A DNA stretch of 64,000 nucleotides from Vicugna vicugna (taxonomy: Eukaryota). Positions 23,300 through 35,747 of this stretch are shown here, piece after piece. Both the position numbers and the translations under genes were made by a program. The stretch is taken from contig MU057711.1 in assembly GCA_013265495.1 (NCBI GenBank), forward strand, positions 1,054,001-1,118,000. Reading direction: 5' to 3'. The notes beneath the pieces are model-generated. The model was not told where the DNA came from, searched no databases, and was given only the letters and a program-made list of their open reading frames with translations. Position 1 is the first letter of the stretch. Each line of letters starts with the position of its first letter.

Positions 23300-24580
23300 A
23301 AGAACACTCCCTTACACCATACATAAAAATCAACTCAAAATGGATCAAAGACTTTAACATAAGACAAGATACAATAAACCTCCTAGAAGAAAACATAGGC
23401 AAAACATCATCTGACATACATCTCAAAAATGTTCTCCTAGGGCAATCTACCAAAGCAATAGAAATAAAAGCAAGAATAAACAAATGAGAATATGTTAAAC
23501 AAAATGACAACCTATGGAATGAGAGAAAATTTTTGAAAAAATGAAACTAACAAAGTTGATCTCCAGAATATATAAGCAGCTCATACGACTTCATAAGAAA
23601 AAAACAAACAACCCAATCCAAAAATGGGCAGAAGACCTAAACAAGCAATTCTCCAATGAAGACATACAAATGGCCAATAGGCACATGAAAAAATGCTCAA
23701 TATCACTAATTATCAGAGAAATGCAAATCAAAACTGCAATGAGATATCACCTCACACCAGTCAGAATGGCCATCATTCAAAAGTCCACAAATGACAAATG
23801 CTGGAGAGGCTGTGGAGAAAAGGCAACCCTCCTACACTGCTGGTGGGAATGCAGTTTGGTGCAGCCACTGTGGAAAACAGTATGGAGATTCCTCATAAGA
23901 CTAGGAAGAAACTTATCGTATGACCCAGGAATCCCACTCCTGGACATATATCCAGAAGGAACTCTACTTCAAAAAGACACCTGCACCGCAATGTTCATAG
24001 CAGCATTGTTTACAATAGCCAAGACATGGAAACAGCCTAAATGTCCATCAAGAAATGACTGAATAAAGAAGTGGTATATTTATACAATGGAATACTATTC
24101 AGCCATAAAAATGACAACATAATGCCATTTGCAGTAACATGGATGTTCCTGGAGAATGTCATTCTAAGTGAAGTAAGCCAGAAAGAGAGAGAAAAATACT
24201 ATATAAGATTGCTTATATGTGGAATCTAAAAAAAAAAAAAAGAAAGAAAGAAAAGAAAAAGACAAATGAACATAAATACAAAACAGAAACAGACTCATAG
24301 ACATAGAATACAAACTTGAGGTTGCCGGGGGGGAGGGGGTGTGTGAAGGGACAGACTGGGAGTTTGAAATTTGTAGATACTGACAGGTATATGTAGAATA
24401 GATAAACAAGATTATACTGTATAACACAGGGAAATATAAACAGGATCTCGTGGTAGCTCAGTGAAAAAGTATGCGACAATGAATATATGTATGTTCATGC
24501 ATAACTGAAAAATTATACTGTACACTGGAAATTGACACAACATTGTAAACTGACTATAACTCAATAAAATAAAATATCAA
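23300..24580 (+). mobile_element. Relatively young 5'-truncated L1 (ORF2 C-terminus plus 3'UTR)
   Basis: Continuous L1 text ending in ctcaataaaataaaat; internal A-rich expansion 24227-24260. Confidence 0.95.
23541..24062 (+). pseudogene. L1 ORF2 C-terminal fragment (cysteine-rich zinc-knuckle region)
   Basis: 173-aa ORF with [41 protein letters not shown]; no EN or RT domain present. Confidence 0.92.
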
Positions 24581-26199
24581 AGACTATGCGATAGTAGCAG
24601 CTATGAGTTGCAAGTTTTTTTTATCAGCTGAGGGAGATGCTTTGCTTAAAATGATTAGGTTCAATCATGTTTGTGGGGATAGCAAGGAAAGGGCAGATAT
24701 AGAGGCACTAAATGATTTGGGGACTCTAGAAATATGGGCAAAGGAAGGGTCAAAGTTCACATGGATGCCTGAGTCTTTAGGACCCCCTTCCCACCATCTG
24801 CCGTGATTCTCACGTTTCCTTTAGCATCATTGTATGGTTTCTTTTTTCATGTGTCTTTATCATTCCTAGCCCAACTTGTTCTCCAGCCTTCTAGTCCCTA
24901 CCTCCTCCAATTTATCTTCATATCAGAACAAGAGGGTCTTTCAAGAATATAATTTTCATTATGTTGGGTTTCTGTTTTGGTAACTTGCACTTTTTGTTTT
25001 GTTTTGTTTTGTTTTTTTGCCTCCTGGCTGCTGTGGTTTGATTACTAGGAACTATTTCTTCAGGAACCATGGCCCCTAGGATCCTGGGACGATATAATTT
25101 AAGAAATTAAGACAGATTAGATAGTTAAATGCTCAGATGTTATTGATACTCAATATGCAGTGTGCCTTTGGAATTAGGCCATGCTGCAATTCATTCTGGA
25201 ACCATATAGTCAGGATGGTCTAAATTGTGCTCTGTTAACAAACAAGTCTGGGCAAAGTGGGCTGGCAGGCGGTTTGTCTCCACACAGGCACTCAGGGGAT
25301 CAGAGTCACCACCTTCTAGTAGCTGTATCACATGGACCCCATGGTCCTCTCAGTGTCTAAGGTAAAAGGAAGCCCTGGAGAGTGTCCTAGGGTCTGCTCC
25401 CATAATCAGAATAAAAGTTCCCTGAGGTGGGGACCGTGATGAGTCAATAAATATTCATCTATTTGTTCATTCTGTCAGATATCCTAATGAAAGATGGTGT
25501 GATGATGAAGTTTAGCCAAGAAGACAGGAAAAGCCCACATTCTGCTCATTCTTTCCCACCAGACCCCTGCGGCCACTGAGTCATAGTCAGCAGGAAATGG
25601 CACTTGCTTGCAAATGCAGAGCATTCTGGAAAGTGACCTGGGCGATACGGACCACCCTTTTCTTAGACTGCCGTGGAAATGCAATGGAGTATGGGTCCTG
25701 CTTTGCCTATGTGGTCCCTCAGGGGGAAGACTGGAGGCTCAGTTTTTCTCATCAGGAAGACAGGAGGATCCATTCCACCCCTCTCAGAGCCATGAGACAT
25801 ACAAGAGGGGCCGGTGTAGAAAGACAGCTCTAGTCTCCAGTGCCTGGTGCCAGGCTGGCCTAGTCCTATGCCAGGGGGTGAGAAGGGCAGCTGGATCCCA
25901 GCTCTGGTCTCCTTACCTATCTCACCTCAAGCGCATGAATCTCCTAACACAGGGTGTCTCCCTCATAGTGTTCACAGATCTGACAGTGCATGGAGATTCC
26001 TCCTTCCTGGGCAAGTGAGAAAGTGGATGGGGAGAGGAAAGGGATCTTGAATATTAACTAGTTAATTCCAGGCAACATATTAATTAATTAAATTAAAAAT
26101 TGTATCAAAACTTCTCCCATGGGCCAAACATTCCTCACAGTTGCCACATCGGAACTGGGGGCAAATAGTAAATATCTAGTGATATAACAGGCTACATTT

Positions 26200-27190
26200 T
26201 AATTTTCCTAATAAAATCTGACTGGAGTTCAGAGAGGTGAAGTGGCTCACCTAAAGACACACAGCAAGTGACAGTCAGGGCCAGATTTGAATTAACTTCT
26301 GCTTGGGCTTACAATTCTAGTTTCTTCCCTTGCCTCCTTGAAGAAAACATGACTTTGAGGACAAGTAAGCATTTAAGTTTACCTAAAAAAGGGTTGTATT
26401 TCAAGTTTCAGTAATAATCATTTTAATAATCATAATAACAAGCATATTAAATGAAGCACAAACTTATCATGTGCCAGATGCTGTTCTAAGCACTTGACGT
26501 ATTTCCATTCATTGAATCTTCATAACCACCCAGGGAGGCAGGTACTGTTATCCCATTCTCCAGATGAGGAAGCTGAGGCTGGAAGCTTTATATCTAGTAA
26601 GTGGATCCTGATTTGAATTACCCTAGCTGGCTGGATAATAATAATGGTGTACTCACAATTACAGCAGTTATGTGTGTAAATCTGTAAGACTGTATGTGTG
26701 TGTGTATTTAATAATTATGTTCACACCCCAAAGTGCTGAAGTTGCAGGACTTCAGGGCATATTTCCTGGTGGGCTTCTAGAACTCATCTCACATCTGTGG
26801 TGTGCCTCATGGGACTACACACATGCACGGAAGCTCCATGAGGCAGAAACCTATTTTGTTGTTGTTCCTTAATATTTCTGAGCCCCTAGCACAGTGCGGG
26901 TCAGATGGAGGGTGCTCAGTGGCTCAGTGGCTCTTCTGTAGTTCCTTTATGTAGGTGTATCGTAGTTGTGTACAGTAGTCGTATGGTGACCTGGGAAAGA
27001 GCACTGGGCTGGCAGGTAGAACTGGATTTGAGCTCTGCCCTGGCTGACCTTACCGGTTGGGTGAACTTGGTCAGTCACTTCAATCTCTGTGAGCCTCGGT
27101 CGTCTCACCTGTCGCTGTGCTGCCTCCCACTCTGGGCTGCCTAAGGATTTGATGCTAATGGGTGTGAGAGAGCTGTGTAATCCCTAAGGT
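26200..27190. mobile_element. Cluster of MIR (26200-26330 -, 26430-26630 -, 26970-27190 +) and L2 3' end (26810-26920 +)
   Basis: MIR cores cagagaggtgaagtggctcacc, cagatgaggaagctgaggc, tcacttcaatctctgtgagcctc; L2 tail aagctccatgaggcag...ctagcacagtgc. Confidence 0.7.
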
Positions 27191-27799
27191 ACACTGTTTG
27201 ATTAAAAGCCCTGGCTCGTTTGGTGGCTTTGGTGTAAGGAACAGTACCATACAAAGATTACTGCAGCAATGCAGTTTTACTAAGAGGATACACATAGCAA
27301 AAAAAAGAGACAAGACTTGGAACTTGAGCTGTCAAAGAGTCAGACTGAGGCATAATTCAAGGCCTGGACGGGTCTGAGATCTTTCTACCAATAAGATTCT
27401 TTTGGCCCCTCAGTTGGAAGGTAATGTAACATCTCGTAATGTTTGTCTTTACCATTCTTGCCATTACTGACATCCTTCTTCCTTGTCCCCTGAGACTCCC
27501 CCATCCCCACCAGGTATTTTCCTTCTCCAGATGGCTTTTGCTTCTGCATAACTTCAGCTCACTTACACCCCCTGCTGCTTCAGGGTACCCCTCCAGTGGG
27601 CACCCTTAGGAATTAGGCTCTGACCACCAAATATTCAAGATCAAATTCCTGAGGGATGGAATCTGATAGGCTCCATTGTTTCCATTTCCTCTTTTTTAGC
27701 AGAACTGTTCCCTCCAGGACACCTCAAGGGGTCAGTGTCCACCCCTGGTCCAGTCACCTGTGGCTATGGGATGGGGCTGTGTCTTCACTATACTCCGTT

Positions 27800-28130
27800 G
27801 TGGATTGCTCATGCTCAGGAAACCCAGCCACCATATTGTGAGCACACGCAAGCAGCCCTGTGGAGAAGCCCATGCGATGAGTAACCGAGGCCTCCTGCCA
27901 ACAGCCGACACCAACTTTCCAGACATAAGGTACACTATCTTGCAAGCACATGCAACAGTCCACAGTCAAGCTTTCCATTGATTCATCCTCAGCTGACATC
28001 TTGATTGCAACTTCGTAAGAGACCCTGAGCCAGAATTGCCCAGCTAAGCTGCTCCTGCACTTCTGACTCAGAAAAATTGTGTGTTGCTTTAGGCCAGTAA
28101 ATTTTATAGGATTTTGTTGTTCACTAGTAC
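27800..28130 (+). mobile_element. MLT1F-like MaLR LTR
   Basis: cagccaccatattgtgag...aagcagccctgtggagaagcccatg...ctgacatcttgattgcaac...gagaccctgagccagaattgcccagctaagctgctcc. Confidence 0.75.
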
Positions 28131-28897
28131 TGAGTGAATCTTAAGGCAAATAGTCATGCCCAAGCAAGATGGCAGGTTAAGTTATCAGAAGGCTTTTGAG
28201 TCTCCTAGAAAAAGGAGGAGGTGCTGCTCCTTTCTATTAAAAAAAGAGGCTCAGAACAACGCACAGTTTTAGGATCTTCAGCTTCCTCCAGGCCAGACTC
28301 CTGTTTTAAGTCCAGGGTCCCACTCCTTTCCAATCAATGCCTAAACTTTTATGTAAGAGACTTGGTGAATCTGAGAATTAAACCTAAGTTGTAATTCTGC
28401 AGCTCAACCAATTAAATTTTGGGTTTGTTTGCTTTGTTGTTGTTGTTAAGGTGGGACCTGCAGCTGCAAGAAATAAGAATTTCCTTTAAGGCTGCCATCA
28501 AAGCTCTCTGATTTTCTCTGACCATGACTTAAGCTGAACATTTAAAGTCCTGAGTTTGTCATTTTCCTTCTTAATCTCTTCAGCGTAGTTAGAAGCAACC
28601 ATCCTGCTGTGCAGTCTTTGGAGGAATTATTACTCCTCTAAAGGTCCAGTGTAGCAGCCATTTGACTCCCAAGGCAATTGCTTCAGTAGGCATGCCAGCA
28701 CAATCAATTACAGGTGATAATTTCATTAGTCATGATGTCATTACCCACTAGAGCTTACTAACATTCCATTTCTCAAGGACCTTAGCACTGCATTCAAGAC
28801 CAAGGACAAGACCAAATCAAAACCAGAATCCCATCTTTGAGCATCAACTTCCTAGGACCACTTTTGGTATCAAATATGGGGTTAGTCAGAGTCAAAT

Positions 28898-29358
28898 TGA
28901 GACAGGCTAGGACCTGGGACCCTTTGCTGCAGCTTGCACCTGACAAATGTCTCCTCGAGCAACAGAATACAAAGAAACTATAAGGGACTAAAGATAACTG
29001 CATGCACAGGGCATATTATGAACAACAAGATACAAAAAAGTTCAAAAACCCAGCTGCCACTTCTGGGGTGTCAGGAGCAAAAGCAGGGTACTACGCATGA
29101 TCACTGGACACAGTACCACCAAGGGGGTAGGCAGACCACCTAAGCCACTCCTCTGGCCCCACCCACCAATCCTCCCCTACCCTCACCTCATTTAAGGGAC
29201 CAGCTCATCCCCCCTAGGGAGTGCCCAAGGGAATCTGTTTCTTGTTTTTGCTCCCTTGTCCTGCAGCATGAATCCCAGTAAAGCCTTGCCTGAATTTCTC
29301 GTCTGGCCTTTTATCAATTTCTGTTGATTATAGAGTCCAAGAACCTGGGTTGATATCA
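28898..29358 (+). mobile_element. Solo ERV (ERV1-type) LTR
   Basis: TG...CA termini (tgagacagg...gatatca); near 4-bp TSD aaat/aagt; CCAAT, TATA-like tttaa and AGTAAA poly(A)-like signal inside. Confidence 0.75.
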
Positions 29359-29419
29359 AAGTCAATGAAAAAAAAAACACCTCACCAGCTTTCTCTATAT
29401 TAAATTCTCTTTTTTAAAG

Positions 29420-29920
29420 GGACTAAAAGGGCAAAAAGGGAATACTGAGGTATCAAAAGGTAGTAACTGCAAACCGCATGGATTACTTTTAAGGTTTGAG
29501 AAACAAAGTTAAGATGAGGCTATTGGAACCTAGATTCTTGGAGGAGGGGCCCTATGGAGCTGGGACTCAGGACTCTCATCAGGAAGTGCTCCCAGCTGGT
29601 GCTGGTGGATCTGAGTGGGTGGGGAGGATGCAATGAGTTGGTATCTGGGAGAGCAGGAAGAAGCTGGAAATGGAACCAACTGTTGTTGCTGACATCAAGG
29701 GTTATCGCTTGGTTGATGCCAACAGGAAGCAGCAAACCAGAAGAGAGTCAGTCCTTTCTCCCTCCTCCAGCTTTACAGTCTCCATTTAGTGCCCACTGTC
29801 AGGAGCATTTAATAAGAAGCCAGCTGGCAAAGGAGAAATGAGTTTGCAGTCTTAGCCCCACACCACAGAGAAGCGTGTAGAAGGGTGGGCCTGTTGCTGA
29901 GAACAATAGCTTAATTTGAA
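29420..29920 (-). mobile_element. LTR41-like (ERVL) LTR
   Basis: Minus strand attaagctattgttctcagc...cccacccttctacac...ctgcaaactcatttctcctttgccagctggctt matches the LTR41 5' part as I recall it. Confidence 0.7.
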
Positions 29921-30279
29921 ACCTGGCTCCTGGAGGCCAGGGCATCTGTAAGCCCTGATTAAGATGCTGAAAGAAAACCCATGGCTAAGGGAATTTTACT
30001 TAAGACTAGGGGATTCTAAAACATTGCCTGGAACCCAAGGACAAGATTATAGGAGAGGCTCCACTCTATTTTGTTTCCTTCCTCCTTCCCCCAGTGGCCT
30101 CCTTCACCTTCCTCCTGCTCCCAATGGCTCTACAGAAGAGGACAGCTCACCTAAGAGGGGAGGACCACTCAGAGGTGGCTATCTTCTGCACACCTGGACC
30201 ACTGTGCATCCCAATTAGAGTTCTGAAGAGTGCACTGCATGGGAACGTTTTTGTGCCTTTAAGTAGCATTAGCAAACTT

Positions 30280-31020
30280 GCTTTCTTTTTTTAGCACTTA
30301 AACTTCCTTTTCTCATTAGCACAGTCTTCTGGAGGGAGACAAGGGGCAGAAGAGCTAATTAGTGAACCTGGATGACTGCCTCATAGCTCCAACCTTTCCC
30401 AAACATCTGCCCCTCTGCTAGAGGAAGCCAGAGCCTGCTGCTAGCCGACTTTCTCTTTTTGAGAAACTATCAAAAAACATTTGCAAATAACTGTGATTGC
30501 CTTAAAACGGAGGAAAGAAGCACATTTTCCAATTACAGCCTGGGTTATTGCTCTGGCTTGTTTAATTAATGAAGTGGGCATCTGTTTGCTGAGGCCCTTT
30601 TGAATGTGTTTTCTAGAGTTCCTTAATTAGTTACAAAAAGCTGCAGGTGTACTGGCTGGGGAGAACAGTAGAGCCGGGATGTTTTCCAGAAGAGAGAATC
30701 TTTTTTAATGTAAATATTTAGTCATATGATGATGAGGTTCATTTTAAAGTCCTCATCCCTGTTTGGTCTGTGTGCAGTGGTGTTGGAAGATATATTTGGG
30801 CTCCGTTCGGATTGTTGACAAAATAAATTGAAATGGCAGAGACCAATTTTCATTATGACAGACACTTACATGCAGTTAGGCCATTACCAGGATGACAAGT
30901 TATTCTCGTGCTGTCACGATGAGGCTGCCGCCTGATTTTTAAGGCAAAAACGCTTGCGATGGGAGAAGAGAGGTCGCATTCTAATTCTGTGCGTCGAAGT
31001 GGACTGTTACACGTGGTATA
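30280..31020. promoter_or_regulatory. Repeat-free block rich in homeobox/TALE motifs (candidate conserved enhancer)
   Basis: TAATTA 30356 and 30624, TTAATTAA 30562, TGACAG 30856, CTGTCA 30911; retained CpGs 30900-31020. Confidence 0.4.
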
Positions 31021-31281
31021 TGGAGGGACCCACGGGGGCAGCGGGAGGGGCTTTTGTCCCCCTGGTATGTGAAGATCCTCTCGGCAGCAGGGATGTGTTG
31101 GAAAGGATAACCCTCCCCTGAGGTGACTCTCTGCCTGTTATTGCTTATGAGAACCCAAAGCTGTTGCTTCTTACTTCAGTAATTACCACCTCACAATCTG
31201 AGAGGTGATGTTTGAGGCTGAGTTACAGCCTGTGATGGTAGAGCATGTGGGTGTTGGAGGACACACTCTGATCAACTCTAG

Positions 31282-31599
31282 CAGAAGTCAGCGAGCCCCA
31301 GCTTTGGCCTACCGTTTATATTAAATTATGTTTTACTTGGAGTGGGGGAAGGCATAGCTCACTGGTAGAACATCTGCTTCGCACGCACGAGGTCCTGGGT
31401 TCAATCCCTGGTATCTCCATTAAAAAAAAATTAAAGAAAAAAATTTCTAAGTGAAGTTTTACTGGACTGCCCCCACTCCCATTAGTTTATGTTTGTGGTT
31501 ACTTTCACCACATGGGCGGAGTTGAGCAGTTGTGACTGTATTGTACAGCCTGAAATATTTACCATCTGGCTCTTTATTGAAAAAGCGTGCTGACCTCTG
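31282..31599 (+). mobile_element. MER58A (hAT-Charlie), interrupted by a SINE
   Basis: gagttgagcagttgtgac...cctgaaatatttaccatctggctctttattgaaaaag...tgacctctg; CAG/CTG termini. Confidence 0.8.
31344..31443 (+). mobile_element. tRNA-derived SINE (camelid Vic-1-like)
   Basis: A box tagctcactggtag, B box gggttcaatccc, A-tail; imperfect TSD ending gttttact (31323-31337 / 31449-31463). Confidence 0.85.
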
Positions 31600-33015
31600 A
31601 TCTATGAAGACTCTGTGGTTTACTGAATAAAGCTCGGGGAGAGGGGCTGCGACTTCTGTGATCTGCTTTCCAGGCCTTCATTTCCAGATCTCTGCACCAG
31701 GCTGAAAATTCCTACCCCTGGTGTCTTAGAGTGAGACATTTTCCAATGAATTTTTCTATTTTTCTCATTAAGAAACAGCTACTCAGGAATTGAGAAAAGG
31801 CAGGATATGTTTTCATTCTTTCCTTGATGTTCTCTGTCTTGTGAAGCCAAATGTGACTTGAATCAGCCCCTCTGTTCCCCATTACTGCTCCCCTCCCACG
31901 TCTTTGTAGCATGTGTGGGACAAAGACTCTTTTTTATTCTGGGAAAAATGGTGCACACGTCTGACTGTCCTATCAGCAGTTCATTGCCTCTCACGCATCT
32001 CCTGTTCTACATCAGGGTCCTCATTGTTTCATTCCAGTAACAAGTGGAGGCAGCTCTCTACTGTAAATCTTAACTTTTTTAATGTCCAAAACATCTCACA
32101 ACCTTGTTCTTAGGATTTCGTGAATCAGGGTTGCACCTCTGGGCCAGAGTTAAAGTTTGAAGGCAGACTAATTTGAGCAAAGCACCTTGTGAGCGTTTCA
32201 GCAGTTTGGTGAGCAGAAGTGACCACCCTCTTTTACTTAACCCCAGCCACACCCTGGTGCCCACATAAGCAATGCAGATGAGCAGCTGCGATAGAGAGGC
32301 TTGTAGAAGCAGCTGCTACCTAGCGAGTGACCTTCCACAGCTCACCTGCCTCCTCTGGGTTTCATCTGTCAAATGAGGAGTTTGGGATAGACGTTCTCTA
32401 GCATCTCTGTCTGCTTAAAAACTTCAGTACACAGAGACCAATTCCTGTCACCTAGAGGGGAGCGATAATCTCATCCAACATGTTCTTTCTCTTCTAATTC
32501 CGCACACCCCATTAAGTCTGGCCTTTGCCAGCGACCCTTATGTGACAAAGCAAGGTGGGATAGGCTGGTAAGAAGAGATGTATGATCAGGGCTCCACTGG
32601 ACAGATACCAGAGGTGCAAACAACAGAAATGGACTCCTGCGACCTTAAGCAGAAAACGGACATGTTAGGAGGATAACGGGGAGCTCATGGGATCGACAGG
32701 AAGGTGGGAGGCCAGGGATGGAGGGAGGCTGGGTAGCTGAGGACATAGCCATTTTGTCCTGCTGGTGCCTCCACCGGACCTCTGTTTAAGAGCTCTGCTC
32801 TTCCTCTGTGTGGGTTAGAAAAAGAAGCCTACTTTGCCACTGCATCCTAGAAGACCAGCTTCATGAGCAAAGTGCAGACTAGATTCAGCACCTCAACATG
32901 TCCTTACCCAGGCAGGGGCCACCTCAGAGCAGTGGTCACCCCAGAGCAGTGGTCGGTGGCATCCCTGCTCCCCCCACCCCACTGCTGGCCTCTCAACTTC
33001 AGTGCTGCTGTCTTT

Positions 33016-33147
33016 TTTAAAATTCATTTTCTCTTTGTGGGGAGGTAATTAGGTTTATTATTTATTTAAAATGGAAGTACTGAGGATTGAACCCAGGACC
33101 CTATGCATGCTAAACAGGCACTCTGCTACTGAGCTGCACCCTCTCCC
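33016..33147 (-). mobile_element. tRNA-derived SINE (Vic-1-like)
   Basis: Antisense gattgaacccaggacc...ctactgagctgcaccc; TSD agtg(c/a)tgct(g/a)tcttt at 33001-33015 / 33149-33163. Confidence 0.85.
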
Positions 33148-33204
33148 TAGTGATGCTATCTTTGATGGTTTCCACTTAGTCTGCAGTTTTGTGTCATGGC
33201 TTGA

Positions 33205-34239
33205 TTTACTTACTTATTTATTTATTTAAAATTGAGGTATAGTTAATGTACAGTAAGTTTCAGGTGTACAACATAATAGTCATAATTTTAAAGGTTATAT
33301 TCCATTTATAGTTATTATAAAATGTTGGATATATTTTCTGTGCTGTATAATATATCCTTGCAGCTTATTTATTTTTTAATTTTCAATTTTTTAAACTTTT
33401 ATTGAAGTGTAGTTGATTTACAATGTTAGTTTCAGGTGTGTAGCAAAGTGATTTAGTTATATATATATATATATACTTTCTTTTTAGATTCGTTTCCATT
33501 ATATGTTATTACAAGAAATTGAATATAGTTCCTTGTGTTCTACAACAGGTCCTTGTTTATCTATTTTATATATAGTAAGGTGTGTCTGTTAATCCCCAAC
33601 CCCTAATTTATCTCTCCCTGCCCTTTTCCCTTTGGTAACCATAGTTTATTTTCTATGTCAATGAGTCTGTTTTTGGTTTATAAATAGAATTTGTATCATT
33701 TTTTAAGATTCCATATATTAGTGATATCATATGATTTGTCTTTCTCTGTCTGACTTACTTCACTCAGTATGATAATCTATAGGTCTGCCCATGTTGCTGC
33801 AAATGGCAAAATTTCATTCTTTTTTTTAAAAACTACTTTACTATGGTATGGTTCCTGTACAGTAAACTACATATATTTCAGATGTACAATTTGGTAAATT
33901 TTGATAGATGTATACAGTAATGAAACCACCACTACAGTCAAGATAGCTAACATTTCCGTCACTCCCCAGGAGGTGCAATTTTTGAATTCCCAATTTATCC
34001 CTTGCCACCCCCTTTACTCCCTGGTAACCATAAGTTTGTTCTCTATGTCTGTGAGTCTGTTTCTGTTTTGTAGATAAGTTCATTTGTGCCCTCCTTTTTA
34101 GATTCCACATATAAGCGATATCATATGGCATTTTTCTTTCTCTTTCTGACTTACTTCTCTTAGTATGACGATCTCCAGCTCCATCTATGTTGCTGCAAAT
34201 GGCATTATTTTATTCTTTTTTATGGCTGAGTAGTATTCC

Positions 34240-34276
<37 letters not shown>

Positions 34277-34410
34277 ATGTATCACATCTTTACCATTCAT
34301 CTGTTGATGGACACTTAGATTGCTTCTATGTCTTGGCTATTGTAAATAATTCTGATATGAACACCAGGGTGCATAGATCTTTTCAAATTGATGTTTTTGT
34401 TTTCTTTTTG
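33205..34410 (-). mobile_element. Stack of L1 3' ends (33205-33372, 33395-33825, 33830-33975, 33980-34410) with (TG)n at 34242-34273
   Basis: Three separate 3' termini (ttgaggtatagttaatg, ttgaagtgtagttgattt, tactatggtatggttcc) followed by L1 3'UTR/ORF2 end text. Confidence 0.85.
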
Positions 34411-34629
34411 TGTGACTGCTTTTAGATTTAGACTGGGCTAGAGCACTGGCTTACTTTGGCTTACTTTGAACCAGTCTAGATCCAAGCCCTGGGGAAGGGG
34501 AAATATGTATCCCCTTTAGCTACCATAATGGAATGGCTTCCTATGGTTTGGGTTCCCCTCAACTTGGAGGGCTATTTCCATGCCAAGTAGCCAAACAAAA
34601 GACAACAGTACAACTTACAAACTGCACTA

Positions 34630-34740
34630 AGTACAGATGTGCAGGTTGTTCACTGCAGAATCTAGGGGCACCATTCACACTGTGGTCTAAATGAACAGTG
34701 CGCCCAGGTTCTACTGTGAGCAGCCAGTTCGACCATGCAG
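34630..34740. mobile_element. MER91-like (hAT-Tip100) relic
   Basis: gtgcaggttgttcactgcagaatctaggggcaccattcacactgtggtctaaatgaacagtgcgccc, quasi-palindromic. Confidence 0.6.
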
Positions 34741-35747
34741 TAATCAAAACCAGTTCACGCATTCACTTTTTTTTCTTTTTTTTAGCATTCTGTGAATGCT
34801 GACCCAGCAGCCCAGTTCTCTTTGTCTTCAGAGAACATCGCATCAAATTCAGAATTACGTGCATATTCTGAATACATTGAACCGGAGCAAGGATTTAATT
34901 GCTGGCTCCTTGATATGACTTGGGTTGAAAGTATGCCGATTGTCATTCAGATGTTTTCACAAATACAAAGTGACCAATCGATCATTTGCCTTTTGTCAGA
35001 GAGTTTGCTTCATTTAGGTGATCTCTTTTCGACCTTTACAAAATTCAGTATTCAAAGAAACAATCTGTTCACAGGAATTTGCTCTGGAAACAGCATAGGG
35101 ATATTATGAAAGAAGTTAATATTTAAACTTGCCATAGACATGTTTGTATTTAATGCTCACTTTTGAATGCCAAAGATGGAGAGAGATTGCTAGTGATTTC
35201 TGTCAGCAAGTGTGCCCTCAACAGTTGTTAAGGGTTTGAAAACAGAGTTTAGAAGGTGATTGTTTTTCCTCCAACCATCCTGCTGAAATCCTGTACGTAC
35301 TTTGTGCTCTCCTTGGTTGAGCTGTTTATATTTATTTTGCCGAGTTTAATAACAGAAAATTCTCTTTCCATTATTTCATCTAAGAAGCCTGTATTTTGAC
35401 ATAAAACCGAGAAGCATTTCCACTTCTTACATTTTGGTTTCCTCACTTCTCTAAGCAAAAAGTACTTCAATTAAATATCATCTAAGGGCCCCTTCGAGGC
35501 AGAGACCTTTGGAAATGGCTCTAACCCTTCAACATTTAGAAAAGCATATTTATAGAAGCAGAATGTCTTTGCAGTGTGTGCTTGCTGTTCAGAGAGGGAA
35601 AAACTTCCCCATGCTCTCCTCTGAAGAATGAAGTAATTCCATTCCAAGGCTGGCCATTAGGAGTAATGGAGAGGCTGCCCAGACAGAGCCTGGAGTGCCA
35701 CAGGCCCATCAGACCAGATTCATATTTGGATTTTAAACTAACTACAA

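Noticed and set aside
23541..24062. 173-aa ORF as a host gene or active L1
   Set aside because: It is the ORF2 C-terminus of a 5'-truncated L1, lacking the EN and RT domains, with a small deletion upstream and a premature end.
27195..27480. Possible additional LTR relic (also ~47850-48210 and 25200-25370)
   Set aside because: LTR-like in texture, but I could not assign termini or a family with enough confidence.
32925..32954. 13-bp direct repeat cagagcagtggtc with 17-bp period
   Set aside because: Trivial local duplication with no further structure.
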